Part shown: positions 52,570 to 63,728 of the stretch, piece after piece
Layout: every line of letters begins with the position of its first letter
Numbering within the stretch: the stretch's first letter is position 1
Assembly: GCA_963805855.1 (NCBI GenBank)
Contig: CAWDVW010000007.1
Span: 640,001-704,000 of the forward strand
Source of the DNA: Candidatus Dadabacteria bacterium
GTDB lineage: Bacteria; Desulfobacterota_D; UBA1144; Nemesobacterales; CSP1-2
Reading direction: 5' to 3'
DNA: 64,000 bases
Notes under the pieces: generated by a model
The model's input: only the letters and a program-made list of their open reading frames with translations
What the model was told of the DNA's origin: nothing
Databases searched by the model: none
Position numbers and translations under genes: made by a program

Positions 52570-53127
52570 TTACGACACTGCACCAAATCCCTGAACAGCG
52601 AAACGAGCATCTTCTAATTTTAGCTTGCAGAATTCTAGGGCTACCTCAGTGGAATGCATCAGACCCCAGCCGGTCGCACCTATTTCATCAAGCGGTATAC
52701 CACCCATCTCACGGGGCAAGCCTACGGCTCTCCCGATCTCGTCTTTGACCCATGCCATGCATTCTTCGTCTGTCCCCATATCTGGTCCGAATATGTATTC
52801 TTCATCATTGCGCAGTGCCTTTGCAAAACAGCGTATGAGCCGTTCTTTCTCGGGCTTTGGCATATTCGGATCTCCAAACATTACCGATTTGCCGCCCCCG
52901 TGACGGAGATCTGCAGCGGCATTCTTCAAGGTCATCGCCCGCGCCAGACGGTAACACTCCTCGGTGCTTACATCAGGGGCGAAGCGTAACCCACCGATTG
53001 AAGGCCCCCTGGCAACGTTGTCGACAACCAAGATCGCCTTCAATTGAATCGATGGCTCATACACATGGATGATCTTCAGCGGCCCTATATCATCGGCATA
53101 TCGGAATACGTCTTTCCCGATAGTCAT
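52570..53127 (-). pseudogene. Truncated Glu/Leu/Phe/Val dehydrogenase
   Basis: GGLR, MTLK, GGGKS, GPDMGT present; stops at QGFGAVS inside the NAD-binding glycine motif. Confidence 0.85.
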
Positions 53128-53634
53128 CTCAAGTTATCCCTTTTCACAAACCTTACATACTTTTGCGTTGCAAAGCGCATGCCAATGTAAAAGCAAATCA
53201 TCTAAACAACTTCAGTGTATTAGGAACTACTCAGGGTTTAAGCAGGATATGAAATGTACGATAATCAGACAACAAAACTGTAAGTGGGGATTATTTACAT
53301 TTTCAAATAGATGGGGAAGCTCTATTCAACTTAGGTTTTGACTCCCCGTTTTAACCAGTTGATCTACTCTGAGCCCCAAAAGTTTTAACGCCATTCTTAG
53401 ACAACCCGACAATTTTTTCATAAAAGCTTTAATCACAGTCGGATTGAAGGATTTTGGGGTCATGCTAAAATGAGCTTATCCAGATTTAGTGGGCTTAATA
53501 AAATTCCTCGATATTTACACTGGAAGGAATTTGAGTTTAGGCACAATTATAGAAGTGAGGTATATTTATCCATTCTTGCCTAATAATTTCAAAGATTATC
53601 CATAATTCTAGTCATCGCCGTTTTAATTAATACC

Positions 53635-56556
53635 ATGGCTTATTTAAAACACCTTGCATTCTTTCTTCTTTTAGGTTCTCATTTGGCATACGCATATCCT
53701 GTATGCGAACTGGATGTCAAGGTAGATGTATCAAACTCCAAAATCGTTGGGAAAATGGAAATAATTCCAGATAAAAAGCAGTCACTGGTGTTAACCACAA
53801 AAAATTTAAACATTATAGAGACTGATAAAATCTCCAATTCGCAATATCTAGACGAGATAAGAATAGAAGGGGATCAAAATGATCATATTATCATAGAGTT
53901 TACCGCGACGTTCGAAAACAACTCCTCTCAGAATTATGTTGGTGAAAACGGTGTATTCCTCGTGGGCGACTGGTATCCGCTCTTGCGCACTCCCTGTTAT
54001 TATAAGCTTTCGGCCACGCTGCCAGAAGGATACTTAGCGGTTTCGGAAGCTGAGCAAATCGAAGAAGTTAGAGAGAACAACGACACTACATTTAATTTTA
54101 GTTTCCCTCATCCTGTAGATCACATACATCTTGTGGCTTCCAATAGATTTATTGCAAATAGGGAAAAGCACAAGAACATTGATATCTACACATACTTTTT
54201 TGTTGAAGACAAAGGCTATTCAAAAACATACATCGATTATTCCAAAGGATACATTGATCTATATGATAATTTATTTGGTGAATTCCCATACAAAAGGTTC
54301 TCTATTGTTGAAAATGTTTTTCCTACCGGATACTCGATGCCAACCTTTACCCTCCTTGGCCGGAGCGTTATAAGGCTTCCCTTTATTGTCGAAACGTCTT
54401 TGGGACATGAGATACTTCATCAATGGCTTGGGAATTATGTCTATGTGGACTTCGAGAAAGGTAACTGGAGCGAAGGGCTTACGACATATCTAGCAGACCA
54501 TTATTATGCGGAACAGAAGGGAAACGGACCCGATTATAGGAAAAAGCTTCTAATAAATTATCAATCATTCGTAGATCAGGAGAATAACTACCCGTTGAGA
54601 ACCTTCCAAGGGGTCTCAGACGAAAAATCTAGAGCCATTGGCTATGGAAAATCTGCAATGGTTTTTCATCTCCTGAAGCGAGCTGTAGGTGAACGTAACT
54701 TTCAAAATTCAATAAAAGACTTCATTTCTAAAAATCGGTTTGATACAGCAGACTGGGATGATATAAAAGCGAGCTTTGAAAAAATGAATAATATGGATCT
54801 GGGTTGGTTTTTCGATCAATGGTTAAATAAGAAAGGACTGCCCGAGCTAGAAATTAAGAGCACCAAACTTAGTCATGAAAACGGTCAGTACCTGCTCGAG
54901 ATCGAGCTGTCACAGAATGGGAGCGGGTATCGGTTGGACGTACCGCTGACAATTTATTTGGATGATCATACAAAAACAAAGCAAATTCTCAAACTCACGA
55001 AAGACGTCGAAACATTTAAAATTAATCTGGATACCAAACCCCAAAGAGTCGTTATAGACGAAGACTACGACGTACCAAGAAAACTTTCAGAGCCCGAATT
55101 TCCACCGGTCATATCGAGGATAATGGGTGAGAGAAGAATTATCTTCGTATTGGAACAGGATGAAAAACCGCTGTATCAAACATTCATCGATTTGTTTGAC
55201 GACAAACAGATAGAATTTAAAACATCAGAAGACATAGAGCTCGATGACTTAAAATCCAGTACCTTGATTGTGCTTGGAAAGACCAACCCGCTCATAAAAA
55301 GAATATTTGGAGGAACTGAACTAGATGAGGAAGGTTTCAACATCATTGTGAAAGAAAACCCGTTCAATGAGCAAAAGGTAATAGCGCTGGTCAACGGGGA
55401 ATCAAAAGAAGAAGTAGAAGCAGCAGTAAAAAAGATTCCCCATTACGGCATTTACTCAATCCTAAAGTTTAAAGATGGAAAAAATGTGACGAAGGAAATA
55501 GCCCTATCTGAGAATGGAATTAAGGCTGATATAAATGAAATTGAGAAAGAAGATTCAATACAAAGTGAACCAGACTTGGCGAAAATAGTAGATGACATTA
55601 AGGATAAAAAGATCATTTTTATCGGGGAAGAACATGACAAGCCCGCGCACCATATGAATCAATTGAAGATAATAAAGGGGCTCTACAAAATGAATGGAAA
55701 CCTGGCGATAGGAATGGAAATGTTCGAAAAACCCTTCCAGCAATTCATAAATGATTATTTAAGTGGAAACATAGACGAAAGACAATTCCTGAAAAAAACA
55801 GAATATTTCAAGAGATGGGGCTTGGATTACAGGCTTTACAGACCTATTATCAATTTCGCAAAGGAGAACAAAATACCTGTCATCGCATTGAATGCCGAGA
55901 GTGAAATTGTAAAAAAGGTATCTGAAAACGGTCTCCAGTCCTTAACCGACGAAGAGCGCAGTACGATTCCTGACGAGATGGACTTCTCTGAGTCGCAATA
56001 CAGGACGCTCCTAAGAGAAATATTCAAATTCCATCCGGGATCAGAGGAAAAAGATTTCAACCTCTTCTACCAGGTTCAAATACTTTGGGACGAAACTATG
56101 GCAGAATCCATCTATGAATTTGTAAAAGGAAATCCAGATTTCCAGATGGTGGTTTTAGCAGGAAACGGCCACCTCTTATACGGTTTCGGTATACCAAAGA
56201 AAACATACAGAAGGACTGGACTTCAATACTCGATAATATTAAACGACGAGGAAGATGGCGATGATGTTGCTGATTTCCTGCTCTTCCCCGAAGTGCTAGA
56301 AGCACCGGAATCTCCTAAATTGGGAATTCTTGTCGATAAAGACAGTGAAGAAGTTAAAATAAATGACTTCTCGGAAGAAAGCATAGCAAAAATATCTGGT
56401 CTAAAAAAAGGAGACACCATTTTGTCTTTCGATAACAATCCAATCGGCTCTATAGAAGACCTGAAGATAAACCTCCTCTATAAAGAAAAGGGAGACACAG
56501 CCATCATCAAAGTTTTAAGAGACGGAAAAGAAGAAACATTCAAAATAAAGTTTTGA
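53635..56556 (+). CDS. M1 aminopeptidase-ChaN-PDZ fusion
   Basis: HEILHQW...EG zinc motif and GYGKSAM; IFIGEEHD...IGMEMF...AGNGH (ChaN-like); GLKKGDTIL (PDZ). Confidence 0.85.
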   Translation: MAYLKHLAFFLLLGSHLAYAYPVCELDVKVDVSNSKIVGKMEIIPDKKQSLVLTTKNLNIIETDKISNSQYLDEIRIEGDQNDHIIIEFTATFENNSSQNYVGENGVFLVGDWYPLLRTPCYYKLSATLPEGYLAVSEAEQIEEVRENNDTTFNFSFPHPVDHIHLVASNRFIANREKHKNIDIYTYFFVEDKGYSKTYIDYSKGYIDLYDNLFGEFPYKRFSIVENVFPTGYSMPTFTLLGRSVIRLPFIVETSLGHEILHQWLGNYVYVDFEKGNWSEGLTTYLADHYYAEQKGNGPDYRKKLLINYQSFVDQENNYPLRTFQGVSDEKSRAIGYGKSAMVFHLLKRAVGERNFQNSIKDFISKNRFDTADWDDIKASFEKMNNMDLGWFFDQWLNKKGLPELEIKSTKLSHENGQYLLEIELSQNGSGYRLDVPLTIYLDDHTKTKQILKLTKDVETFKINLDTKPQRVVIDEDYDVPRKLSEPEFPPVISRIMGERRIIFVLEQDEKPLYQTFIDLFDDKQIEFKTSEDIELDDLKSSTLIVLGKTNPLIKRIFGGTELDEEGFNIIVKENPFNEQKVIALVNGESKEEVEAAVKKIPHYGIYSILKFKDGKNVTKEIALSENGIKADINEIEKEDSIQSEPDLAKIVDDIKDKKIIFIGEEHDKPAHHMNQLKIIKGLYKMNGNLAIGMEMFEKPFQQFINDYLSGNIDERQFLKKTEYFKRWGLDYRLYRPIINFAKENKIPVIALNAESEIVKKVSENGLQSLTDEERSTIPDEMDFSESQYRTLLREIFKFHPGSEEKDFNLFYQVQILWDETMAESIYEFVKGNPDFQMVVLAGNGHLLYGFGIPKKTYRRTGLQYSIILNDEEDGDDVADFLLFPEVLEAPESPKLGILVDKDSEEVKINDFSEESIAKISGLKKGDTILSFDNNPIGSIEDLKINLLYKEKGDTAIIKVLRDGKEETFKIKF

Positions 56557-56780
56557 ATTTATAAGCATTGACTAATATTGGCGGCCTTTAATTTGTCAGA
56601 ACATCGATGAAATTATATGCACTGAATGTTAAATCTATGTATATTTCGCAACACACTGGCCAAGCACAAGTCGATATTTGACTGAACGGGCCAAGACAAT
56701 TTATTAGTAAAACTTCATAAATAGTGCGGCTTTTCAACACCACCCAAATCAAATAATATAGTAATAACCATTTCGATATC

Positions 56781-57464
56781 ATGCCAGATACAAAATCCAT
56801 CTTTAATTCAGTAGCAAAAAACTATGACCTGCTCAACACAATTTTCAGCATGGGTAGGGACAAGGGGTGGAGAGAAAGACTGGCTAAGGAAGTAGCGGGT
56901 AGTGATTATGTCCTTGATATTGCCACTGGCACTGGTGAGGTTTTGATTGAGATCTTGAAAAATAATAACCAAGGGAACGGAATCGGTCTCGATCCCAGCG
57001 CTCAAATGTTAGTTCTCGGGCAAAAGAAAATGAACTCCATGGGCTTAAACAAGAAAATAAATTTTATACAAGGGGTTGGTGAAAGCCTTCCATTCAGAGA
57101 TAATAGTTTTGATGCTATTACCATAGCCTTCGGAATAAGAAACACAGTGGATCCTCTTAAATCATTGAAAGAAATGAAGAGGGTTTTGAAACCAAAGGGG
57201 AAATTGGGAATACTTGAATTTGCAGTCCCGAACAATAAAATTTTTGGGCCGATATATATGTATTACCTTAAACAATTTTTACCGCTCGTAGCATCGGTCT
57301 TCAATAGAAGAGAGGAGTATCGATATCTCGGTGATTCAATTTCAATATTTCCAGACAGAGACAATTTTATTGGCCTCTTAAAAGAAGCCGGATTCCTTGT
57401 AGAAAAGTCGATAGAGTTAATGATCGGAACGGTAATTATATACTTAGCTTTCAAACCTCAATAG
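56781..57464 (+). CDS. ubiE: Ubiquinone/menaquinone C-methyltransferase
   Basis: YDLLN, LDIATGTG, AFGIRN. Confidence 0.93.
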   Translation: MPDTKSIFNSVAKNYDLLNTIFSMGRDKGWRERLAKEVAGSDYVLDIATGTGEVLIEILKNNNQGNGIGLDPSAQMLVLGQKKMNSMGLNKKINFIQGVGESLPFRDNSFDAITIAFGIRNTVDPLKSLKEMKRVLKPKGKLGILEFAVPNNKIFGPIYMYYLKQFLPLVASVFNRREEYRYLGDSISIFPDRDNFIGLLKEAGFLVEKSIELMIGTVIIYLAFKPQ

Positions 57465-57580
57465 AATGCTGTTGGATATTGGCTTATTACTCCAGATTTT
57501 TGTTGTATGAAATATGAATTTATTGCTGTCCTTATATTCAGTATTGATTGATCATCAGAAGCAATAAGGATTACATTAAT

Positions 57581-58045
57581 ATGCTAAATACAAAGAACGG
57601 GAAAAATTTGATAACTGAAGAGATCGCAAAATATCTATCGGAAATAAAGATACCTATCAGGCTTGCCTGTATTACCGATGCAGGCTGGCCTTTAGTGACG
57701 TCTTTGTGGTTTGTATTTATGAACGATAAATTATATTGCGCAACTCAAAGGACAGCCAAAGTCATTGAATTTCTGAGTCAAAATCCGAGATGTGGTTTTG
57801 AAGTAGCATCCGATCAGCCTCCCTATCGCGGTGTCAGAGGTAAGGGAAGGGTAAAATTGAGTGAAGAAATGGGTCCAAAGGTACTAAGAACTCTTATGGA
57901 CAGATATCACATAAGAAAAGATTCGACCCTAGGAAAATTTCTTTTATCCAATTTAAATAACGAAATAGCAATAGAAATAGAACCCATAAGCATATTTAGA
58001 TGGGATTATTCAGACCGTATGGAGGACGCCAAGATAAAGCAATAA
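57581..58045 (+). CDS. Pyridoxamine 5'-phosphate oxidase-family protein
   Basis: GWPLVTSLWF, PYRGVRGKG, WDYSDRM. Confidence 0.8.
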   Translation: MLNTKNGKNLITEEIAKYLSEIKIPIRLACITDAGWPLVTSLWFVFMNDKLYCATQRTAKVIEFLSQNPRCGFEVASDQPPYRGVRGKGRVKLSEEMGPKVLRTLMDRYHIRKDSTLGKFLLSNLNNEIAIEIEPISIFRWDYSDRMEDAKIKQ

Positions 58046-58146
58046 TTTCAAATAAGAGGCGTGCTAAACTTTGAGAATGTGACATATATTGCACACACAA
58101 AAATAGGATTAACATAAGATAAGATTTCAAGACAAAGTAAGTGCCG

Positions 58147-59463
58147 TCACTCATTATATTTCTCTTTTGCTAACCTGCTCATTTCATAATGGTTTACGAT
58201 GGGCTTGTGATATGGAAGATCATGTTTCAATGGGTCATGAATTCCTTCTGGCTCAATATCTTTTAATTCAGGTATATACTTTTTTATATATACACAATCC
58301 GGGTCGTATCTCTCAGATTGTAGTATGGGATTGAAGATTCTCAAAGGCTTTGGATCAGCTCCCACGGAAGCAGCCCATTGCCAATTACCAATATCCACGG
58401 CTTCGTCATAATCAATGAGATAATCAAAGAAATGCCGGTCACCCATTCGCCAATCGATTAATAGGTCCTTCGTGAGAAATGAAGCTACTATCATCCTGAC
58501 CCTGTTGTGTATCCAACCCTCCTCTTTCAGTTGCCTCATCCCCGCATCTACTATTGGGTATCCTGTACAACCCTCTTTCCAGGCCTCATACCACGCGTCG
58601 TTATTGATCCATTTTATATTCCTTCTTTTCTCTTGAAACTCCAGATCTATCGTCTCGGGGAAATAATGCATTATGTGATACCAGAATTCCCTCCACGCAA
58701 GTTCTGAAATATAGGTCTCAGCTTTGGGTGTCTCTGATTGAACTCGACTGTAAATTTGCCGTATTGATACTATGCCAAACCTTATATAAGGAGAAAGCCT
58801 TGAGGTGCCGTCTGTATAAGGATAGTTTCTCGTGTTCGTATAATTTGAAAAGTCGAATTTTTTTAATCTATCTCGTGGAAAATTAATAGGCCATTTGCCG
58901 CTTGTCGAGAAACTCAGTCCCTTAATCACCTTATCAAAAGGTTGTTCGTTGATTTTCGGAGAATTAAACCTGCGAATCTCGAATAATTGAGGCCTCTTCT
59001 CAGTTTTCGACCATAACTTATAGAAAGGCGTAAAGACCTTGCGCTGCGGAATTCTTTCAGGTTCCACTAAGAGAGTGTCTTCAAACTCTCTTAATTCTAT
59101 ATTGTCACCCTGTAAAGTCCCTTTTAACTCACTATCTCTTCTCCTACCATAAAAACTGCAAGCCTTATTCACATAAACGGCGTCGACTCTATTTCTATAC
59201 GCAAATTTTGGAATTAGATCCTCAGGCCTTCCCTTCAGGACAACAAGATTGGAACCTAATCTAAGAAGGTCTTTTTTAAGATGCTTAATTGCCTCAATCG
59301 TGAAACCAAGGCGCAGACTTCTATCCGGAAGATGTTCTAATATATTCTCATCAAGTATGAAAACGGGGATCACTTCCGAGCTATCGTGCACGGCATGGTA
59401 AAGACCAGTATTGTTTCTTACCCGTAAATCCCTCCTGAACCAAAATATAGTCCTTCTGTGCAT
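58147..59463 (-). CDS. phrB: Deoxyribodipyrimidine photolyase
   Basis: WFRRDLR, TSRLSPY, ELAWREF, TGYPIVDAGMR, HNRVRM. Confidence 0.95.
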   Translation of the reverse strand: MHRRTIFWFRRDLRVRNNTGLYHAVHDSSEVIPVFILDENILEHLPDRSLRLGFTIEAIKHLKKDLLRLGSNLVVLKGRPEDLIPKFAYRNRVDAVYVNKACSFYGRRRDSELKGTLQGDNIELREFEDTLLVEPERIPQRKVFTPFYKLWSKTEKRPQLFEIRRFNSPKINEQPFDKVIKGLSFSTSGKWPINFPRDRLKKFDFSNYTNTRNYPYTDGTSRLSPYIRFGIVSIRQIYSRVQSETPKAETYISELAWREFWYHIMHYFPETIDLEFQEKRRNIKWINNDAWYEAWKEGCTGYPIVDAGMRQLKEEGWIHNRVRMIVASFLTKDLLIDWRMGDRHFFDYLIDYDEAVDIGNWQWAASVGADPKPLRIFNPILQSERYDPDCVYIKKYIPELKDIEPEGIHDPLKHDLPYHKPIVNHYEMSRLAKEKYNE

Positions 59464-59612
59464 ATTCGATTAAGCCAGACTCCTTAAGTACTCCGAATAG
59501 CTTAGTACAACGGAAACATAAGTTTATGAATTTTTAGAACTCTATGATCCTCAGATTATCCCGTTATACACGTTACAAAAATGTCAGCTTTCCGTTCTTT
59601 AATTTCTTCTCC

Positions 59613-60917
59613 CTACTTTTCAGAAAATAATTTAGTATCTTCACCGGTGATAAGTCTGGCACCGCGTTTTCGAGTAAAGTAATTCCAGGCCCACTGAACT
59701 AGTACCAGAACCTTATTATCAAATTCGATAAGATAGCCAATGTGTATAAAAACCCAAATTAGCCACGCAAAAAACCCACTGAACCGAAATCTACCAAAAT
59801 CTGCTACAGCGGCATTTCGTCCTATGACTGCAAGGCTTCCTTTGTTTTTATACCTAAAGGGCTGTATGTTCTCTCCTCTTAAACGGCTTTCCAATAGCTT
59901 TGCCACATAAAGTCCTTCCTGCATGGCCACAGGGGCCACTCCTGGTAGTGGGTTTTCATCCTGATGGCTGAAACTCGCGAGGTCTCCGATAACAAAGATG
60001 TTGGGAAAGCCCGGAACGCTGAGATCCGGTTCAACCATAACGCGACCCGCCCCATCGAGTTTCGCTCCCATACGATCAGCAATGACGTTTCCGAGAGATG
60101 ACGCTTTAACCCCAGCGGCCCATAGGATTGTTCTTGCTTGAATCGTTTCTCCTTTCCCGTCTTTAGAGAATGTGACGAAGCTTTTTTTGATATCAGTTAC
60201 CATTGCATTCTTACTGACCGTAATTCCTAATCGTTCAAGCGATTCCTGGGCCTTTATCGACAATTCCTCTGGGTATGCAGGCAATATCCGGTCCGCTCCT
60301 TCCAACAAGATTATCTCAGACTCGGATGTATCAATGTGTCTAAAATCGCTTCGTAAAGTACTTTGAGCAAGCTCCCCAATTGCACCTGCTAGTTCCACGC
60401 CAGTCGGTCCCGCTCCGATTATCACAAAGCGCATCCAGGACTGCTGTCGAGCTATATCATCTTCCCGCTCTGCCGCCTCAAACGCAAGAAATATGCGATG
60501 ACGAATATCAAGAGTGCTTTCAATGGTTTTTATTCCCGGGGCTATCTCTGCCCACTCATCATGACCAAAATAATTGTAAGTAGAACCGGTAGCAACTATT
60601 AGTGAATCGTAATTTAGCTCGCCATCTCTGAACGTGATTCTTCTATGTTCCGGGTCAAAATCAATTGCCTCCGCCTTTATAATCTCGATATTTTTATATT
60701 TCCGCAATACCGCTCTGAGCGGTGAAGCTATGTCACCCGGAGATAGCCCTCCGACCGCAATTTGATACAATAATGGTTGAAACAGATGAAAATTTCGCTT
60801 ATCTACAAGGGTTATCCTTGTATCGGTTTTTCCAAGAGCCTTTGCAGCATACAATCCACCAAATCCACCTCCTATTATTACTACATGGTGCTGGCTCATT
60901 TCCGTCTCTGAGAACAC
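59613..60917 (-). CDS. ndh: Type II NADH dehydrogenase
   Basis: GGGFGG, FQPLLYQ, GAGPTGVE, WAAG, APVAMQEG. Confidence 0.92.
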   Translation of the reverse strand: MFSETEMSQHHVVIIGGGFGGLYAAKALGKTDTRITLVDKRNFHLFQPLLYQIAVGGLSPGDIASPLRAVLRKYKNIEIIKAEAIDFDPEHRRITFRDGELNYDSLIVATGSTYNYFGHDEWAEIAPGIKTIESTLDIRHRIFLAFEAAEREDDIARQQSWMRFVIIGAGPTGVELAGAIGELAQSTLRSDFRHIDTSESEIILLEGADRILPAYPEELSIKAQESLERLGITVSKNAMVTDIKKSFVTFSKDGKGETIQARTILWAAGVKASSLGNVIADRMGAKLDGAGRVMVEPDLSVPGFPNIFVIGDLASFSHQDENPLPGVAPVAMQEGLYVAKLLESRLRGENIQPFRYKNKGSLAVIGRNAAVADFGRFRFSGFFAWLIWVFIHIGYLIEFDNKVLVLVQWAWNYFTRKRGARLITGEDTKLFSEK

Positions 60918-61018
60918 TATATATTTACCCTTTCACAATCTGATCGTGAATCCCGGCACTCAAGGATTATAAGAGAAGTAATTTTTGGCTCTGCGAGCCA
61001 GCCGCAGGAGTAAATTAG

Positions 61019-61657
61019 TTACGGTGAAAGACGCTCTATAATCCAATCCCTCCCTCCGACTTGCCTGTACTTCAGTCGGTCATGGAGCCTATTTGGCCGG
61101 CCCTGCCAGAATTCAATTGTAGAATGCCTGAGTCGATAACCAACCCAATATGGGGGTCTTGGTATATCACGACCGCTATACAAGGCCTCTAATTCACTAA
61201 ATCGATCGTCGAGAGCCTCTCGGCTGCTAATGACCTGGCTTTGATTTGACGCCCATGCCGCAAGTTGACTCCCTCTAGGTCTGGTTTTAAAATATGAATC
61301 AGCCTCATTATCTGAAATTTCGTCAATTATTCCTTCTACACGAACCTGTCTTTCGAACAAAGGCCACCAGAATACGATTGCGACTCTGGCGTTTTGTGAA
61401 AATTCTTCACCCTTTCTGCTTTCTTGGTTGGTATAAAACACAAACCCTTCACTGTCGACATCCTTAAGAAGCATCATTCTCGCGGAAGGCTTGCCGTCTT
61501 TTGTGGCCGAAGCCACAGTCATAGCATCCGGCTGGATAGAATTAGAATTAAATGCGTCTTGATACCATTTCCTAAACTGAACGATCGGATCCGGATCCAT
61601 ATCTATTTCCCTTAGTGCACCGAACTTATACTCTTCTTCCCTGTTTGCTTTATCCAC
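61019..61657 (-). CDS. pdxH: Pyridoxamine 5'-phosphate oxidase
   Basis: RMMLLK, FYTN, RQVRVEG, EFWQGRPNRLHDR, RLSP. Confidence 0.97.
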   Translation of the reverse strand: MDKANREEEYKFGALREIDMDPDPIVQFRKWYQDAFNSNSIQPDAMTVASATKDGKPSARMMLLKDVDSEGFVFYTNQESRKGEEFSQNARVAIVFWWPLFERQVRVEGIIDEISDNEADSYFKTRPRGSQLAAWASNQSQVISSREALDDRFSELEALYSGRDIPRPPYWVGYRLRHSTIEFWQGRPNRLHDRLKYRQVGGRDWIIERLSP

Positions 61658-61811
61658 TGGTAAATTCCCCTATATTTTCAAGGAGTACTTTATGAAAAAA
61701 ATACGATCTATCTGATAATAACATAAGCATACAATACAAAGAGAGTATTTCTGACAAACTTATTAATTAATTTCGGATTAAACTAATGATCAGTCATAAA
61801 GAACTACATCA

Positions 61812-63191
61812 TCAGACCTTAGGCTTGCCTAATAGATTCCTGAGAGATGCTTCTAAATCAGCAAATTGAAACTCATAGCCAGTCGACAACAACTTTGACG
61901 GCATCACTCGAGTACTTGAAAGAAGCGTTTCGTCAGCCATTTCACCGAATAAAGCTCTTAATAGCAGAGAAGGTATCGCAAAAAAAGTAGGTCGATTGAG
62001 AACATTCCCCAACGTCGTTGTGAATTCCAGGTTTGTAACCGCTTTCGGTGAAACAGCATTTACAGGCCCTTCAATAGAATCGTCATTGATGGCATGATAA
62101 GCTGCTCCAATTACATCATGAACTGAGATCCAACTCATCCACTGGCGCCCGCTACCGACTCTTCCACCAAGACCCACACGAAATGGGAGAAGCATCTTTT
62201 CGAGAGCACCGCCCCGTGGGCTCAAGACAACCCCCAATCGTAAATTAACCACACGAATCCCGGCTTTACTTGCTACTGTTGTGGCCGCCTCCCATTTCTT
62301 ACTGACATCGGCCAGAAATCCCTTCCCTGCTTCACTATCCTCTGTTAAAATCTCATCACCCCGATTACCGTAGAACCCAATGGCAGAAGCACATACCAAC
62401 ACAGCAGGCTTCTTCTTAAGCTTCTTCGAAAGTGTATTACATAAAAACTTAGTGGTGTGGATCCTGCTATGTTCTATTTTAGCCTTTTTTTGGTCTGTCC
62501 ATCTGCCTGCAACATTTTCACCACTCAAATGTACCACTGCATCGAATCCCTCAAGTTTAGATGTGTCGATCTCACCTCTTTCAGGGTTCCAGTATAAATC
62601 ATTCTCCCCAATTTTTGATTTGTCACGTTTAAGACAAGTTACACTGTGTACACCTGTAGAGAGAAACGGAATCAGTGAAGAACCTATCAGTCCTGTTGAA
62701 CCGGTTATCAATACTTTCATAGGTTTTACTCCGTACTTCTTATGCGTTTTTATATCGTTCATAAGAGTACCATGACGGTATTCAAACAAGGTTTCAAGCT
62801 TTCTGATAACCAACTCATTCCCAAAGAGTTCACCCAACGTCCCCATGGGTAATAAAAATTTAACATTATCCTCCATGAAACACGCATTCGGGCCATCAGG
62901 AACAAATGTGTGTGTATGTTCCCAATGTTTAAATGGCCCTTTAATCTGTATGTCACAAAATTGCTTTTCTTCCTTATAATCCCTGTGCTCGATTAACCAA
63001 ATCATCGGGACCGGTCCAATCTTTGTTCTTATTACAACCCTTGAACCATCTTCTATTCCCCCACTCTTCTCTAAAACCTCTACATCCTCCCATGGCGGAC
63101 TAAGCCTTTCAAAAGCACCGGGTTGTTTATGCCATTTAAATAGATCTTTAGCAGAGGTTCTAATACGTGAACGATAAGTAAAACTTTCCAT
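61812..63191 (-). CDS. SRPBCC domain fused to TIGR01777 (YfcH-like) epimerase
   Basis: FERLSPPW, QIKGPFKHWEHTH, then ITGSTGLIG, SAIGFYG, GRQWMSWI. Confidence 0.9.
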   Translation of the reverse strand: MESFTYRSRIRTSAKDLFKWHKQPGAFERLSPPWEDVEVLEKSGGIEDGSRVVIRTKIGPVPMIWLIEHRDYKEEKQFCDIQIKGPFKHWEHTHTFVPDGPNACFMEDNVKFLLPMGTLGELFGNELVIRKLETLFEYRHGTLMNDIKTHKKYGVKPMKVLITGSTGLIGSSLIPFLSTGVHSVTCLKRDKSKIGENDLYWNPERGEIDTSKLEGFDAVVHLSGENVAGRWTDQKKAKIEHSRIHTTKFLCNTLSKKLKKKPAVLVCASAIGFYGNRGDEILTEDSEAGKGFLADVSKKWEAATTVASKAGIRVVNLRLGVVLSPRGGALEKMLLPFRVGLGGRVGSGRQWMSWISVHDVIGAAYHAINDDSIEGPVNAVSPKAVTNLEFTTTLGNVLNRPTFFAIPSLLLRALFGEMADETLLSSTRVMPSKLLSTGYEFQFADLEASLRNLLGKPKV

Positions 63192-63266
63192 CTTTGTCTT
63201 TAAGTTAATATAAACGATTAATAAAAGATAAACGAACCAGAAAAAAGTAGCTCTTTGATAAATTAG

Positions 63267-63728
63267 CTAGACCAAACCCAACTCCTTTGCTTTTTCAATG
63301 ATCTCATCGGCATGAGAATCAGCGTTAACTTTCTCCCATATGTACCTGATATTCCCTGATTTATCGACCAAGAATGTCTCTCGTTTTGCAGAACCGAACA
63401 TACTCTTCACACCATATGCGTTAACGATATTCTTACCCTTGTCACTCAGAAGCGGGAAATTGAGTTTATATTTCTTTTTGAAGTTCTCATGAGATTTAAC
63501 TCCATCCGTGCTCACTCCCAATACCTGAATTCCATACTTCTCAAGATCTTTCATACCATCCCTAATTGAACAGGCTTCCTTGGTACACGTCGGGGTATTG
63601 TCCTTGGGATAAAAATAAAGAGCAACCACTTTTTTATCTCTAAAATCTTTCAGATTTATCTTCTCCCCTCCGTAGGTCTCAGCCTGAATATTCGGTGCCT
63701 CTTGTCCTACTTTCAATTTATTAGACAT
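63267..63728 (-). CDS. bcp: Peroxiredoxin (BCP/PrxQ)
   Basis: YFYPKDNTPTCTKEAC; ATG at 63728 after GGAGG. Confidence 0.93.
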   Translation of the reverse strand: MSNKLKVGQEAPNIQAETYGGEKINLKDFRDKKVVALYFYPKDNTPTCTKEACSIRDGMKDLEKYGIQVLGVSTDGVKSHENFKKKYKLNFPLLSDKGKNIVNAYGVKSMFGSAKRETFLVDKSGNIRYIWEKVNADSHADEIIEKAKELGLV

